This document shows, in pieces, positions 42,165 through 54,334 of a stretch of DNA of 64,000 nucleotides. Position 1 is the first letter of the stretch. Each line of letters opens with the position of its first letter. The position numbers and the translations under genes are program-made. The notes under the pieces are model-generated. The model saw only the letters and a program-made list of their open reading frames with translations, was not told the DNA's origin and searched no databases. The stretch lies in the NCBI RefSeq assembly GCF_009914755.1, contig NC_060944.1; one strand, 5' to 3'. This DNA is from the human T2T-CHM13v2.0 reference genome, Homo sapiens.

Positions 42165-42195
42165 GTGTGTGTGTGTGTGTGTGTGTATGTGTGTG
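42165..42195. repeat. (TG)n microsatellite
   Basis: Direct inspection. Confidence 0.9.
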
Positions 42196-42618
42196 ATATG
42201 CAGATACATAAGGGTGAGGACCTATCAGTAAAAGGTGTTAAATATTGAACTATTAATAATTACACTATAATTTTAAGTATGGTAAGATGAGCAAAAATCT
42301 CCAACTCTTGGAATAAAAACGTTTATCCCATGAACATATAATTATTTAGTACCTAGTCTTCTGGGAAAGGTAAAAGCACAAGAAAGAGAAATAAGATACA
42401 CTTTCCTAGGAGTTACTTCAGGACAATATTCTAAAATACTTTGTCCAAGGCTTACATTCACATAGAAGAATCATACCTGACATCTTAGAAAAGATAATTA
42501 GACAAGACAGCGAAGAAGTGTCATATCACTTGTATCTCCTCTTCCCAGTCCAGTAGGCACAAAGCACTCTCCTGTTCACTTCTGCTTTTTCTCCCATTAG
42601 ATTTTGAGCTCCTTGAGG

Positions 42619-42851
42619 TAAAATATGACTTGGAAGGATGTTCTTGTTTTATTTCAGGGCCATGAATAATTAAGCTAAGATGATAAGTTACTTGCTCTCA
42701 AGAGTTAAAAACTAGAAAATCACTATTAGTGAAACAATGTTTGAAGTACATGGCAAAGGGCTGGTTCTTTATGGAGTTTTTAAAGAGGGTGGGGATTGTG
42801 CATGTTTTGCCATGAAAAGCCAAGGATGTAAGTATTCCTACTTACATCCTT
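42619..42851 (-). repeat. Composite inverted local duplication with a terminal fold-back hairpin, inside an L2 3' end
   Basis: 42619-42782 is the reverse complement of 39460-39623. 42782-42827 is the reverse complement of 40068-40113. 42822-42851 is aaggatgtaagta-ttcc-tacttacatcctt. Flanks 'cccattagattttgagctccttgagg' and 'tgcctagcccaatgtctaacata' are L2-like. Confidence 0.92.
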
Positions 42852-43099
42852 AAATGCCTAGCCCAATGTCTAACATATAATACTAGTGATCATAATAATA
42901 ATTTATTGAGCTCATATTTAATTTAAAAATCTTATGATATAGGTAAGGTTTTAACCCCCATATCATACATGAGGAAACAGATATGCAAACACCATCTGGT
43001 TTGTTTAGTGAGGGTAGAGGAAGCTCAACTTTGTTCTCTGTCCACCAGAATGGACAAGGAGGGGGTTCAGGACAAGTTAGGACTTTTGACAAGGCCTGG

Positions 43100-44100
43100 A
43101 GAATGGATACAGGTCAAATGAGGAATCGGCTGGGGAGTCATGCTCCCTGCCAGAAGGAAGGAATGCTAATATACTTGAGAAGGAGGGAAGAAATAAAGGT
43201 AAGCATGCTTGAGTATCAGGTGCAGGTTTGTGTCCTCCATGCAGGGTTGAGAAGAGAGGCAGTAGAAACCGTGGTTAGAAAGGTGATTTGGGGTGGACCC
43301 AAGAATGGCCATTGATGGCCTTTGTGGACGACCTTGAAACCTGGGCTGAGAACCTTGGCTTTTATTCTGTCCACATTGGGGAGCTCCCAGAAGCTTTGAG
43401 GAGGGGTGATATGGCTTGGCTGTGTCCCCACTCAAATCTCATCTTGAATTGTAGCTCCTATAATTCCCACATCTCGTGGGAGGGACCTGGTGGGAGGTAA
43501 TTGAATCATGGGGGCAGATCGTTCTCATGCTGTTCCCATGATAGTGAATAAGTCTCATGAGATCTGATGGTTTTATAAAGGGGAGTTCCACTGCACATGC
43601 TGTCTTGCCTGCTGCCATTTAAGATGTGTCTTCCTTCCCCTTTGCCTTCCGCCATGATTGTAAGGCCTCCCCAGCCACGTGGAACTGTGAATTATACCTT
43701 TTTCCTTTATAAATTACCCAGCCTCGGGAATGTCTTTATTAGCAGCATCAGAACAGCCTAATACAAGGGGAAACAATGTCCCAGAAAACGGCTATTCTAG
43801 GATGGCTGTGTCAAGAATTAGAAAAGGTCTGAGGCACCACAGCTCAAAGTCCCTATTCAAAGAAATAAAGACGTTTGGAGAAAGTACCAATTAAGGAAGA
43901 GAAGAGACGATGAATTTATCTTTGTATGTGTTGAGTTGGGGATTGAGATGCCCAAGTCAGGTGGCCATCTCTACCAGGCAGTTGGAACTATGGGGCTATG
44001 GAGTGAGCAGCAGAATGGGACTGGAGTGGATTTTTGAAGTTGGTAATAAATGAGATCTCTGAGTAGAAGAATAAGAAACAGGAAGAGCAGAATTCCGGGA
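43100..44100 (-). mobile_element. L2 fragment interrupted by THE1
   Basis: 'ttggcttttattctg...ggggagctcccagaagctttgag', 'tgtatgtgttgagttggggattgagatgccc', 'aggcagttgga'. Confidence 0.6.
43407..43765 (+). mobile_element. THE1 (MaLR) solo LTR with perfect 5-bp TSD
   Basis: TG...CA termini: 'tgatatggcttggctgtgtcccc...gaacagcctaataca'. TSD agggg at 43402-43406 and 43766-43770. Confidence 0.96.
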
Positions 44101-44269
44101 CCAAATATTGTGCACCTGTTCTATTCGGGGTCAGGAAGAAATACCAAGGCAGCAAATGGGCAAAACAGTAAGTGGAATCTGGAATGTAATGAGCTTCTGC
44201 ATTTTATTAAAAAATACCCTCTTGTATATGATTAACTGTCTCATGTGCTCATTTCTCATGTGTGTGTTT

Positions 44270-45330
44270 ATCCAGTGAGTTTTTCTTCCCAACTTCCGAC
44301 AAGACACTTCTACCACGCTGCTTGCCAACTGGAAATCTTGCCAGGACCTTAAACTTAATATTTCCCAAATTGAACTCGGCTTCTCAATTTCCAAACTTGT
44401 CCTGTGTTCTGTGTCCTCTATTAGTAGTGACAATTTCCCATCTCCCAGGCTCAAACGCTTCAACTGTATTCCACTTTTTTCCAAGGCCCAGAAGGTTGAC
44501 CTCAGTGCTGCTTGTAACTGCCTGGCCTCCCCTCCCACACCGCTGTACTTGAGTTCAGGCCCCCAGTGCCTCTACCTGGGGATGTTGCACTAACCTCTTA
44601 ATTCATCTTCTCAAGTTTGCACTCTCCTCACTCTAATCCATCTTAAACACTGCGGCCACCAGACTCATCTTTTGGCATCTGATCTCTTGACTCACCCGAT
44701 CCTCTTAAAGATCTTGCATAGCTTCTATTTGCTGACAGCAGTCATTTCATATTTGGTCCCTCATATGAAATCTTGTCCAGGAACTCTAGTATGTCAACTA
44801 GATAAAAGCAGACTGTCCCAGTCACAACAGGGTAGTATCCTGGATTGTCCCCCCATTCTGTTTTCACAACACCAAGAGCTCAGCAACATAGATTTTGAAG
44901 ACATGCCAGCTTCCTGAGCCTCATAGTAATGGACCCCCCAAATTAACTCCCATTGTACTTTTCCCATCTATGGCCCATTATTGCCAACTGTGTCTCCTCC
45001 AGTTGATTCATTGTGGAACAGTTATTTCCATCTTCTGTCTTTGCTTCCCCACTTTTTATCCTTTGCTTATTTGAATAGAATTCTCTTCTGTTTAGAAAGC
45101 CCTCCCTTCATCTGCATAAGTCCTAATTCTGTCTTTCAAGACCCACCTCAAAGGCTTTCTCAGTGCAGAGTTCCTGCCTCAGTTTGTTCCCCTTAATTTC
45201 AAGTACTCTCTCTTTCTGCTCAACCCCTCATTGCTTATTATCTGGGTCTCTCTTAGGCATGTATCACTTTCTGCTTCGTACGAGAATTATTTAGTGTCAG
45301 TCTATTCTCTGCTTGTAGACTTGAGATCAA
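44270..45330 (+). mobile_element. Degenerate L2 fragments
   Basis: Pyrimidine-rich L2 motifs 'cttaaacttaatatttcccaaattgaactc', 'ttgcactaacctcttaa', 'ctaatccatcttaaacactgcggccacc', 'ggcatgtatcactttctg'. Confidence 0.6.
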
Positions 45331-46849
45331 GATAATTGATCAACTTGCCCTTGTATTCTTTCTCAAGGATTGGAACACATCTTGAGCTTGTTGCTCACAA
45401 TTATTTGCAGAGGGAACACGAGCTTCTTGAGCATCATGAAGGCAGGAATGAGGACTCCATCACCATTGTGCATTTCCTGTCATGCAGAGGTCAGGGCCAG
45501 GCTGACAGCAGACCTCATAATGAGCATAAAAAGCTGGCAGGCATTTTGTTTTGCTTTGCAGCTGTAATGTGTATTCTCACCTGCTCAGCTGCCTTTTGAA
45601 AGTCATTGATATAGACCTTCAGAGCCACAAAAGAACAGTTCGTCCATCTAGTATGGAGGTGAGGAGAGCAATTACCCTGATTCTGTTCATGACGTTCATA
45701 GGCTAAAAGAGGTAAAATGCATTTCAGATAATTAGAGGCAGGCTCTTAAAATGCATAATAATAATCTTTGTTATGCATCTTCTACCCGAGGTCATTTTTC
45801 CAGTAAGTATTTTATGGCATGTTTCCTTTGAGGTAATTTGCTGCCGCATGCCACTGTCTTTAGAGCGGATCTTCTGAAGGAGCCTGAAAAGAATCTAAAG
45901 TAACGGTTTAGAACTTTTATAGTTCTGTATCTCTAGTGAGGTGCATAAACGGTTTGAGTTGAAAGAACTTGGAGGACGGTGGCAATAAGCTTCTGGTAGG
46001 GGCAGTAGGAACTCTGAAGGAATAAATTAAAGTACTAGATGAACTTTATACTGCTCAACTGCTCAGCATGAGTCAGTCCTAACTTCCCAGCTTGGGTCAC
46101 AAGTTTATCCTCTCAAAGGGCTGTGAAAGCAGCCACAATGGCAGGGGATGATGGATAAAGTTGTCCTGAGGAAGGGTGTGCATGGAAGTTCTGTTTGGGT
46201 TTTAAATTCCCCAAGAAGGTTCAAGAATTTTTCGTAGTCTAAATTCAGTAAATGAGAAGAAAAAGCAGGGGATGGAGAGGCTCACATCAATCATTTGTCT
46301 TAATTGTATACATTTCGATATCACATAGAGAAAGTTTGCTTATAAGTATAAAATCACAAGGGGAAAGATTTTTTGATTACTCGATTGCAAAATTAAAAAG
46401 TATATACATATTTTTAATTTAAGTGTTAAATTCAAGTTCCTTCATATATGTCCTTCTCTTAATGCACAAAGGCCTAGAGCTATGCCTGTTAGAACATGTT
46501 GCTAATCTCTCTTGCAGTTGAAGTAGCTCTGAGTTTTCCATTGATAAGAAAAATCAGATTTTTAAAAAATGATAACTCGTTGTCTTTCGGAAATGGAAAC
46601 TGTATGCATAGTTCCTAAGCCAATGATGTAATTGGACATTTTAGTGTAATTGCTTTGATTCTCATATTCACAGTAGTCATATGTTAAATATGGGCTCGTT
46701 CATAGATGTTATAATGTAAGAATGCTTAAAAAGAAGACCTAGGAAATAAAATATCTGTGCCTTGGTTTGAGGTGGAATTCGAAGCTCCCCGGACATTTCA
46801 CATAGAATGGATTCACAATGTTTATCTCAAACACTATGTAATATAAAGC

Positions 46850-47470
46850 AGGGCCTAAGAACTTTGCTTTAGAGTTGTATTGCTTGGTTGAAATTCCAGC
46901 TTCACCAGTTTAGCTGTGTGACCTTAGTCAAGCCACTTAACTTCTCTGTACCTGTATTTTCCCAGCTGAAAATGGAAATAAGCACAGAACATGTCTGTTT
47001 TAGTCAGCTTTTATTACAGTCCTGCTGTGTAACAAATAGCCCCTTCCCTAAACAAATTTAGTGCCTTATAGTCACAGATATTTTATTTCTCCTTTAATTA
47101 TCTGTAGGTCAAGTATGACAACTCTGTTACTGGCTGACAGTTGGATTCAGGTCTAGTCCACTGATATGAGGCTGAGAGAGCAGTGGTTCTCTGAGGCCAA
47201 TGTGAGAAGCATGAAAGAATGAACTGAACCATTTAACAACCAAGGCAGAGGCTTTGCTTGCATATATTTACATTTCATTGGTAAAGCAAGTCATATGGCC
47301 AAGTTTAACATTGAGGGGTGGGTCATCATGCTTTTCCCATGGAAGGAGGAAGGGACAGTGAGTAGTTGCTGAACAATAACATCTACCTCACTATTCTGGG
47401 GTTGCTGTGAGTGATAACTGATGTAATACACATTTGCTTGTGTCATAGTAACAGATCAAGATGCATTTCT
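46850..47470 (+). mobile_element. MIR split by an MLT1 insertion
   Basis: 'gctgtgtgaccttagtcaagccacttaacttctctgtacc...aaaatggaaata' resumes as 'gggttgctgtgag...atgtaatacacatttgc'. Confidence 0.75.
46997..47390 (-). mobile_element. MLT1-family LTR fragment
   Basis: 'ttagtcagcttt...gctgtgtaacaaatagccc...catttcattggtaaagcaagtcatatggccaag...ttgctgaacaataa'. Confidence 0.7.
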
Positions 47471-47829
47471 CATTATTATTATGTCTTACAAAAAAGGTGG
47501 TGCCATAAACTGAAAGGAAAACAAAGGACAAAAGGACCTCTGAGAACCCAGTCAGGCATTACTGATATTCATGGTCCAACTTGCCCCGAGTCTCTCCTTT
47601 ATTGCCAGCTTCTTCCTCTGCTATTGTAGAACCTGAAGGATTGTTAGCAATCTGGGAACAGAGGGGAGAAGTTTATCTCTCTCTTCTCTCTCTCTTCCTC
47701 ATCCAGGCTGATGCTTAGTTGAGCACTGACAACTCCTTTCATAATGGTCCAAAAGTGTCACAAATTTGATTTCTGGGGGCCTATGGTAGTGAGTCAAGAA
47801 TCTTAGGAAGTGCATAACTTCTATTAATT

Positions 47830-48085
47830 TTCTCCTCTCCTCTCTTCCCCTTTCCCTTCCCTTTCCCCTTCCCCTTCCCTTCCCTTCCTTTCCCCTTCCC
47901 CTTCCCTTCCCTTCCCTTCCTTTCCCTTCCATTCCATTCCCTTCCCTTTCCCTCCTCTCCCCTCCCCTCCCTCCCTTCCCCTCCCCTTCCTTCCTCCCTT
48001 TCCTTTTCCCTTCCCTTGCCTTCCCTTCCCTTCATTCCTTTACCTTCCCTCTTTCCTTTCCTTCCTTCCTTTTTCCTTTTTCTTT
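47830..48085. repeat. (CCCTT)n-type polypyrimidine repeat
   Basis: ~255 bp, almost entirely C/T. Confidence 0.95.
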
Positions 48086-48169
48086 TATTTATTTATTTTT
48101 AAACAAAATGAAATTTCCATCAGGCGAATAGATTATATCACAGTATTTACTATCACCATTAACCCATAG

Positions 48170-48572
48170 AGTGAGTTTGGTTTGGTGTCTTGGAAGTAGG
48201 TGCTGAGACAGAGTTTGGTAAACAAGATGTTTACTAAGCATTAATGCCCATGAAAAGAAGGGGTAAGAAGTAAGATTGGGTGTTATAAGTCCGATGAAGC
48301 CTCAACCAACCAGACATAGACTCTGAAGCCAGCATAGCCCTCCAGAGCTGTCCTGAGTTGAATTGAGATGACTAATCATTTAAATTTCTGAATAGATCAG
48401 TCATTTGGTGTGGGCTGCCCAAGAAGGGACGTGGCTTGGGTGTGGTGACTGTGGAAAAGGCAGACCCTGAAGGAGCTGGCAGCTAGAGGCTGCATGCAGA
48501 TTGTACACCTACAACTGGGCAGCAAGCCTTTCCTGAAAAGGAATCTGGGAGGTGCTTCCCATGTCGACCACA
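48170..48572 (-). mobile_element. ERVL LTR16-like fragment
   Basis: 'ggtgctgagacagagtttgg...gatgtttact...gccctccagagctgtcc...atcagtcatttggtgtgggctgccc...gaatctgggagg'. Confidence 0.6.
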
Positions 48573-49013
48573 TAATCTAGCTCATTGTACACATTTAATA
48601 AACGTTAGCTGTTATTATTATTGCTATTTATCCTTGATGTCTGTATATGTACATTTTTTCTATCTCAGCCTTCTTTCTGTCCCCCCAACTGCCCCTAGAT
48701 GACATTATTTTCCTCCCATGCTTGGCACAATCCCTAAGAGAGCTGTTTTTGATGCCAAGGGCTGTGATGGTAGTAAGATCCATCCGGCTCCTTTGGCTCT
48801 GAGCCCTGGAGAACAATCTGGCTCCTGTGTTTACTCTTGAGTTTTCAACCTCAGCTTATCCAACCTCAAGCAGGGATGGAGGAGACCCCAGCAGAACCCC
48901 AATGTCCATCAGACTTGGATCTCTGCCCAAAGTCTATTATAAACAATACCATAAAGCCTCTAAGATATGATTCTATCATTCCAAGAAGGAGTCTTAGATA
49001 TTAGAAAAACTAG

Positions 49014-49371
<358 letters not shown>

Positions 49372-49576
49372 TGAAATAAAAGAAAAATTAAAATCAGCTT
49401 GTTCATTTTCTTCCTCTTAAAGTTGAGGAAACCAAAGCTTAGAGAGCCACGATATGTTCTCATTTACTCAACTCTTTATTGGCAAGAACTGGGGTGGAGC
49501 CTGGAATCTTAGGCCAGTCATTTTCCATGTCATCTTACAATATGCAGATAGCACTGGCATTTTAAAATGTAGCTCA

Positions 49577-49900
<324 letters not shown>

Positions 49901-50151
49901 AGAAAAAGAGTTGGAATTGGACAACGTGGTTCAAATCCTGGCTCAAACATTTAGAAGCCATGAAATTATGGGCAAGGGACTTAACCTATATCAGCGTCAA
50001 TTTTCTCATTTTTAAGAGGCTACTTTATAGGGTAGTTGTGAGAGTTAAATTAGAAATGGATGAAAAGGGCTTAGATTCTATGATGATGATTTTAATCACA
50101 AATCTTATCTGTATTTAGAAACATACAGTGATGCTGCCTTATAAGGGAGTA

Positions 50152-50690
50152 TGTCTGTTATCCAGTACCACAATGATGCAGTGTATCAATAATGCAACAC
50201 CTCAGTAACATACAAAATTAAACATGTGTGGCTCATGCATCTGTGGTCAGCTTTGTCTAAACTAGCCACCTCCACTGATTTTGACTGGGCACACTCACAT
50301 GCCTGGGTGTCAGCTGGCTGTTGGCTAATCTAGGATGGCTTTTCTTGGGTCAGTTGCAATCACTCAGCTCTGCTCCATGTGTCTCTCATCCTCCAGCAGG
50401 CTAGCCCGGGCATGTTCATGGTGGTGGTAGAAGCACAAGAGAGGAAGTATTCAGGCATCTTAAGGTCTAGGCTTGGACTTGTATGCCATCATTTTTTATT
50501 TTTTTTTATTGTCTAAAACAAGTCACATGACCATCTCCAGGGTCAGAGGAGAAGGGCACTACAAAGTCACATGGTAGAATGAAAAGGGCAGGGGAAAAAG
50601 ACCACACCACTTGATGGGAGTTGCAGTCACATGGCAAAGATAGTGGACATAGAAAGGGGTGGAGAATTGAGGCCATTAATGTAATCAGTC
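50152..50690 (-). mobile_element. MLT1-family LTR
   Basis: 'gtctctcatcctccagcaggctagcccgggcatgttc...aaggtctaggcttggact...caagtcacatgacc...gagttgcagtcacatggcaaag...gaattgaggccatt'. Confidence 0.85.
50398..50417. promoter_or_regulatory. Perfect-consensus p53-family response element
   Basis: AGGCTAGCCC GGGCATGTTC equals RRRCWWGYYY x2 with zero spacer (20/20). Confidence 0.6.
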
Positions 50691-50914
50691 TAGCACTGGG
50701 AGACATTTTACAATATGCCTCAGTTGACCCCACTGTGTACAGGGTCCATGATGCTCTATTCCATGTTGATTTCTGCTTAGGAAGGATCTTTATTGTGAGA
50801 TTCCTTTATACTTGATTGAAATATTATAATTCTTTCCTCATCATGATCCAAGGCTGACATCCCACCCCAGAGGACCAATTCTTCCTCCCTTTACACACCA
50901 GCTCGATGGGAACA

Positions 50915-51085
50915 CAAAGTTTTAGAGGTGGAAGGGGCCTCACAATCTGCTTTATTTTACAGATGGAGAACCTAAAGTCCAGAGGATTTCAGCAACTTGT
51001 CTAATGTCATCCAGTTACTAGGAAGGGATCCAAGACTGGGATCCCCATTGTGCTGACCATCAAGCTCAGGTCTCTCCACTGTTCC
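50915..51085 (-). mobile_element. MIR SINE
   Basis: 'tttattttacagatggagaacctaaagtccagagg...caacttgtctaatgtcatccagttac'. Confidence 0.7.
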
Positions 51086-51367
51086 CTCCCATCTAATCTT
51101 TTCTGCCCAGACTCATCTTACAGGAGGAAGGGGTGCCCCTCTACATAGTGCAGTTTGAAGGAATATTGGACAGAACCCCGCTGCCTGTCACTCCATTATC
51201 TTTTTATTCCTTTAACTTGGACAGCTTTGGTTCTTTAAGTCATTTATTATAAGACAATATACTTTAATGAGTACTCTAGCAGGGAATGGGAATAATGGTG
51301 TATGTGTCTGATAAAAGAGTTTGAGATTATTGGCAAAATAGAAGTTAAGGGCAAAAAAAGCTTCTAG

Positions 51368-51535
51368 ACTGAAGTGCTTCGTGAACTTTAAAGTATGCCC
51401 AGATCTCCTAGGATCTTGTTAAAATGAAGATTCTGATCCAATAAGTCTGAGGCAGGGCCTGAGACTGTGCATTTCTAGAAAGCTCTTAGGTGATATTGAT
51501 GCTGCTGGTCCAGGAAACCCTCTTTGAGTAGCAAA
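51368..51535. mobile_element. MER5A
   Basis: 'ggatcttgttaaaatgaagattctgatcca...gggcctgagactgtgcatttctagaaagctc...gatgctgctggtcc...ctttgagtagca'. Confidence 0.85.
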
Positions 51536-51554
51536 TGGCTGGAACATCTCTCCA

Positions 51555-51730
51555 GGAGGGCTTCCTGTGATGATGGAATGCTCTGTATCTATACCGTCCA
51601 AGACATCAGCCACTAGCTACATGTGGCTATTCAGCAGCTGCAATGTGGGTAGTGCTGCTAAGGAAATAAATTTTAAATTTTATTTAATTTAAATTAATTA
51701 AATGTGGCCAATGGCAAATGGCCAGCACAG
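51555..51730. mobile_element. MER3
   Basis: 'tcctgtgatgatggaatgctctgtatct...agccactagctacatgtggctatt...aggaaataaattttaaattttatttaattt'. Confidence 0.85.
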
Positions 51731-51884
51731 GTCTTGAGAAGAGGATCTATGTCCTATTTAGCTCTGCATCTTTTAGATTGGTGGTTGTCAATAAATATTT
51801 GTTATGTGAAAGGAGCATGGTTGCCTGAGGCAGGGGCTGAAAGACACAGCTCAAATATTATTTGTTCCTAGGAACTGTGTTTAG

Positions 51885-52090
51885 GTAATGTGGCATAGCG
51901 GATAAGACCACAGAGTCTAGAGCTTGCCAGACTGGATTTGAATATGGGCTCTGCCATTTATTAACTGTGTCACCTTGATTTTCCGTGCTTCAGTTTCTTC
52001 ATCTGTAAAATGGAAATGAAATAATATCTGTCTTATAGAATTGTGTGTATGCATGGAATGATTTAATATCTGTAAAATTCTTAGGATTCT
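51885..52090 (+). mobile_element. MIR SINE
   Basis: 'ggcatagcggataagaccacagagtctagagc...gctctgccatttattaactgtgtcaccttg...cagtttcttcatctgtaaaatgg'. Confidence 0.88.
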
Positions 52091-54253
52091 TCTAGAACAT
52101 ATTGAGTTCTGCCATGTCCATATGGTCTTACCAAGGTAGAACCTTGCCTGAATTAAGCCCTTAAGTATCTTTGCATTCTTTTCACCTCTCAGAAAAACTG
52201 AGGACTACACGTGAGCTCCCAGGTTTTTGGCGGAAGGGATTCTTTCATGCTGCGGATGCTCCTTTGGACAATTAAATCTTGTTGTGTTGTAAATCCAAAA
52301 GTGTTTAACCAAACCCCATCCCTAAATGGAGGTAATTCACCAGTGAAAGCGTCTGGTGTGAGCAGGAGAAGCGAGCTGCTGAAACAATGAGATCAGCCTT
52401 CAGAACCAAACAGGGTAATGATAGCTGGCCCCACAGAAGATACGACTGCTAGGAAATTCTGCACCCGTGTTTATACAAAACCAAGCAGGAAATGTTTGCC
52501 AGTGGAATAAATAAAGAAGCCTTCTGGTTACATAATGCTTCGTGGTGCCCTAGTTTGAGGCCGTTTTGGAATGGTTGCTGGGTCTAGGTTTGAATTTTGG
52601 AGCTCAGGCTGCTTGTCTCCTCTTTTGTTTGCTTACTTCAGACACTCGAAGCATCATTCTTCTCCGGTTCCCTAAAGGCCTGAGTGAACGCTGGACCAGG
52701 ACGTGACTTCATCGCTCTGGCTTAAGACAGCCCTCATGTTCTACTTCATTTCTGAACCCCTGACCCTGGGATACATTTAGAATGGGGCAGAGGCTGATGG
52801 ACTGGGGGTGGTGGGGCTCAGGGACAATTTTCCCATGTGCCTAGAGAAAGGGAAGCTCTATTATTCCTAAAAACACATCCAATCATTGAGATCCAGATAT
52901 GTGCCAAGCATGATGCCAGGCACGGTCCCAGGCTCTCCCAACCTTGCAATGTAAGCAATTATTATCTTCAGATACCGAGTGGTTTTAAGTAACACGTTCT
53001 GGGTCAGAAGCTAGGGTGGGTTGGCCTCCAAGTCGCTGCTTTTTCTCCTCTGTTAAACTACCTTTCCTGGATTAGAAACAAAAGCAGATATTTCAACTCA
53101 GTTGCCTGTGTGCCCCTGTGTAGCCCAGGAAAGCAAAGGATTCTTTACGGGGAAAAAAAATCTAATTGTAAAAATTCAAAAGAAAATTCTTATGAGTCAA
53201 CCAATTTTAATTTGTATAGATGAGTAAATTTGTTATTGCACACTTTAAACTTCTCAGTACCCTGAAAAGAGAGTCACCATCTCCCTACCCTAGTGCACAT
53301 TTTATGAAAGCATTTATAGAGCACCTGCTGGATACCATGGCTGCCTGTTGGTCCTGGGAAGCAAGTGCAGCAAGGGCAAAGGCCTCACTTGGATCTGACA
53401 GACTGATGAGCTTGGTGAAACCCAGTTTTTCTGGCCTGAGTCTTGGTTTAAGGAAAAAAAAATGTTATGGTTCTGGAGCCCTCTGAAATTCTAGGGTGTG
53501 GTGAACTCGGTGAGGATTTAGGCCTCTCTAGATAAAAATTGTGCTCTCTGGTCTCTTATCTCCTGGGGAGGCTCTTGCAGCCCATTCAGAAATTCTAGAA
53601 CAGTTGAGAAAGCAGACACCTCTCAGTATCTAGTGGGACTGAAGGAGAACAAAAGGGAAGACAGAAGTGGTAAGTGTAGTGATATCTAATGTTGCCTGGT
53701 CTTCGGCTAAATCTCCAGTACTGTTGTAAGCGTGATACCTGGACTGCATTTACTTGTTTAGTTAATTACTCCAGTGATTTAGAGCAGTAGGTGGGGCATG
53801 TGTGTGAACCCAGGAAGCTAAGAGGGTGGACAAGGGTTTGCAAGTGGATGGAAAAGGATGCTTTCAGTCTGAGTGGCTGGCTGACTAAGTGATTTGAGGT
53901 TCACAGTGGTGGCCCCCAAATTTCTGATTAGAAGGGCTCAGAAGCCTGCAGTTCAGTTGGAAAAGGTGTATGGAACCAGTTTTGAAGCTTCTTTGCTTGA
54001 CACACAAATGGTTTTTGCATAGTGTGTATGTTTATTAGTAGGGGGATGTCTGTCGGTACTGTCGGTAGAGATTGTGGGGCTGGACTCCTGCTTATAAAGC
54101 TATTCCATGGTACTGCCGATTGGTCTTCAGCAGATCTTCTGCATACCAGGGGCAAAGTATCTGAAATTACATCAGACAAATGATAAAGTACATCAAATAA
54201 ATGAAGACTAATTTATTAATGTTTTGCATTTGCTCTGCAGGTTTGCTTTTTCT

Positions 54254-54307
54254 TTCTTTCTTTCTTTTTGAGACGGAGTCTTGCTCTGTCGCCCAGGCTG
54301 AAGTGCA
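54254..54307 (-). mobile_element. Ultra-short 5'-truncated Alu with perfect 15-bp TSD
   Basis: aggtttgctttttct at 54239-54253 and 54308-54322 flank a (tttc)n tail plus 'tgagacggagtcttgctctgtcgcccaggctgaagtgca'. Confidence 0.93.
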
Positions 54308-54334
54308 AGGTTTGCTTTTTCTAACTTTATTCTT

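Noticed and set aside
44131-44538. 135-aa ORF on the minus strand
   Set aside because: It has a non-ATG start, lies in degenerate L2 sequence and shows no recognisable domain.
47699-48035. G/K/E/R-rich ORFs
   Set aside because: They are translations of the (AAGGG)n repeat.
54050-54125. Possible pre-miRNA-like hairpin around tgtcggtactgtcggtag...gtactgccga
   Set aside because: Pairing is short and discontinuous. A 9-bp tandem duplication explains it better.
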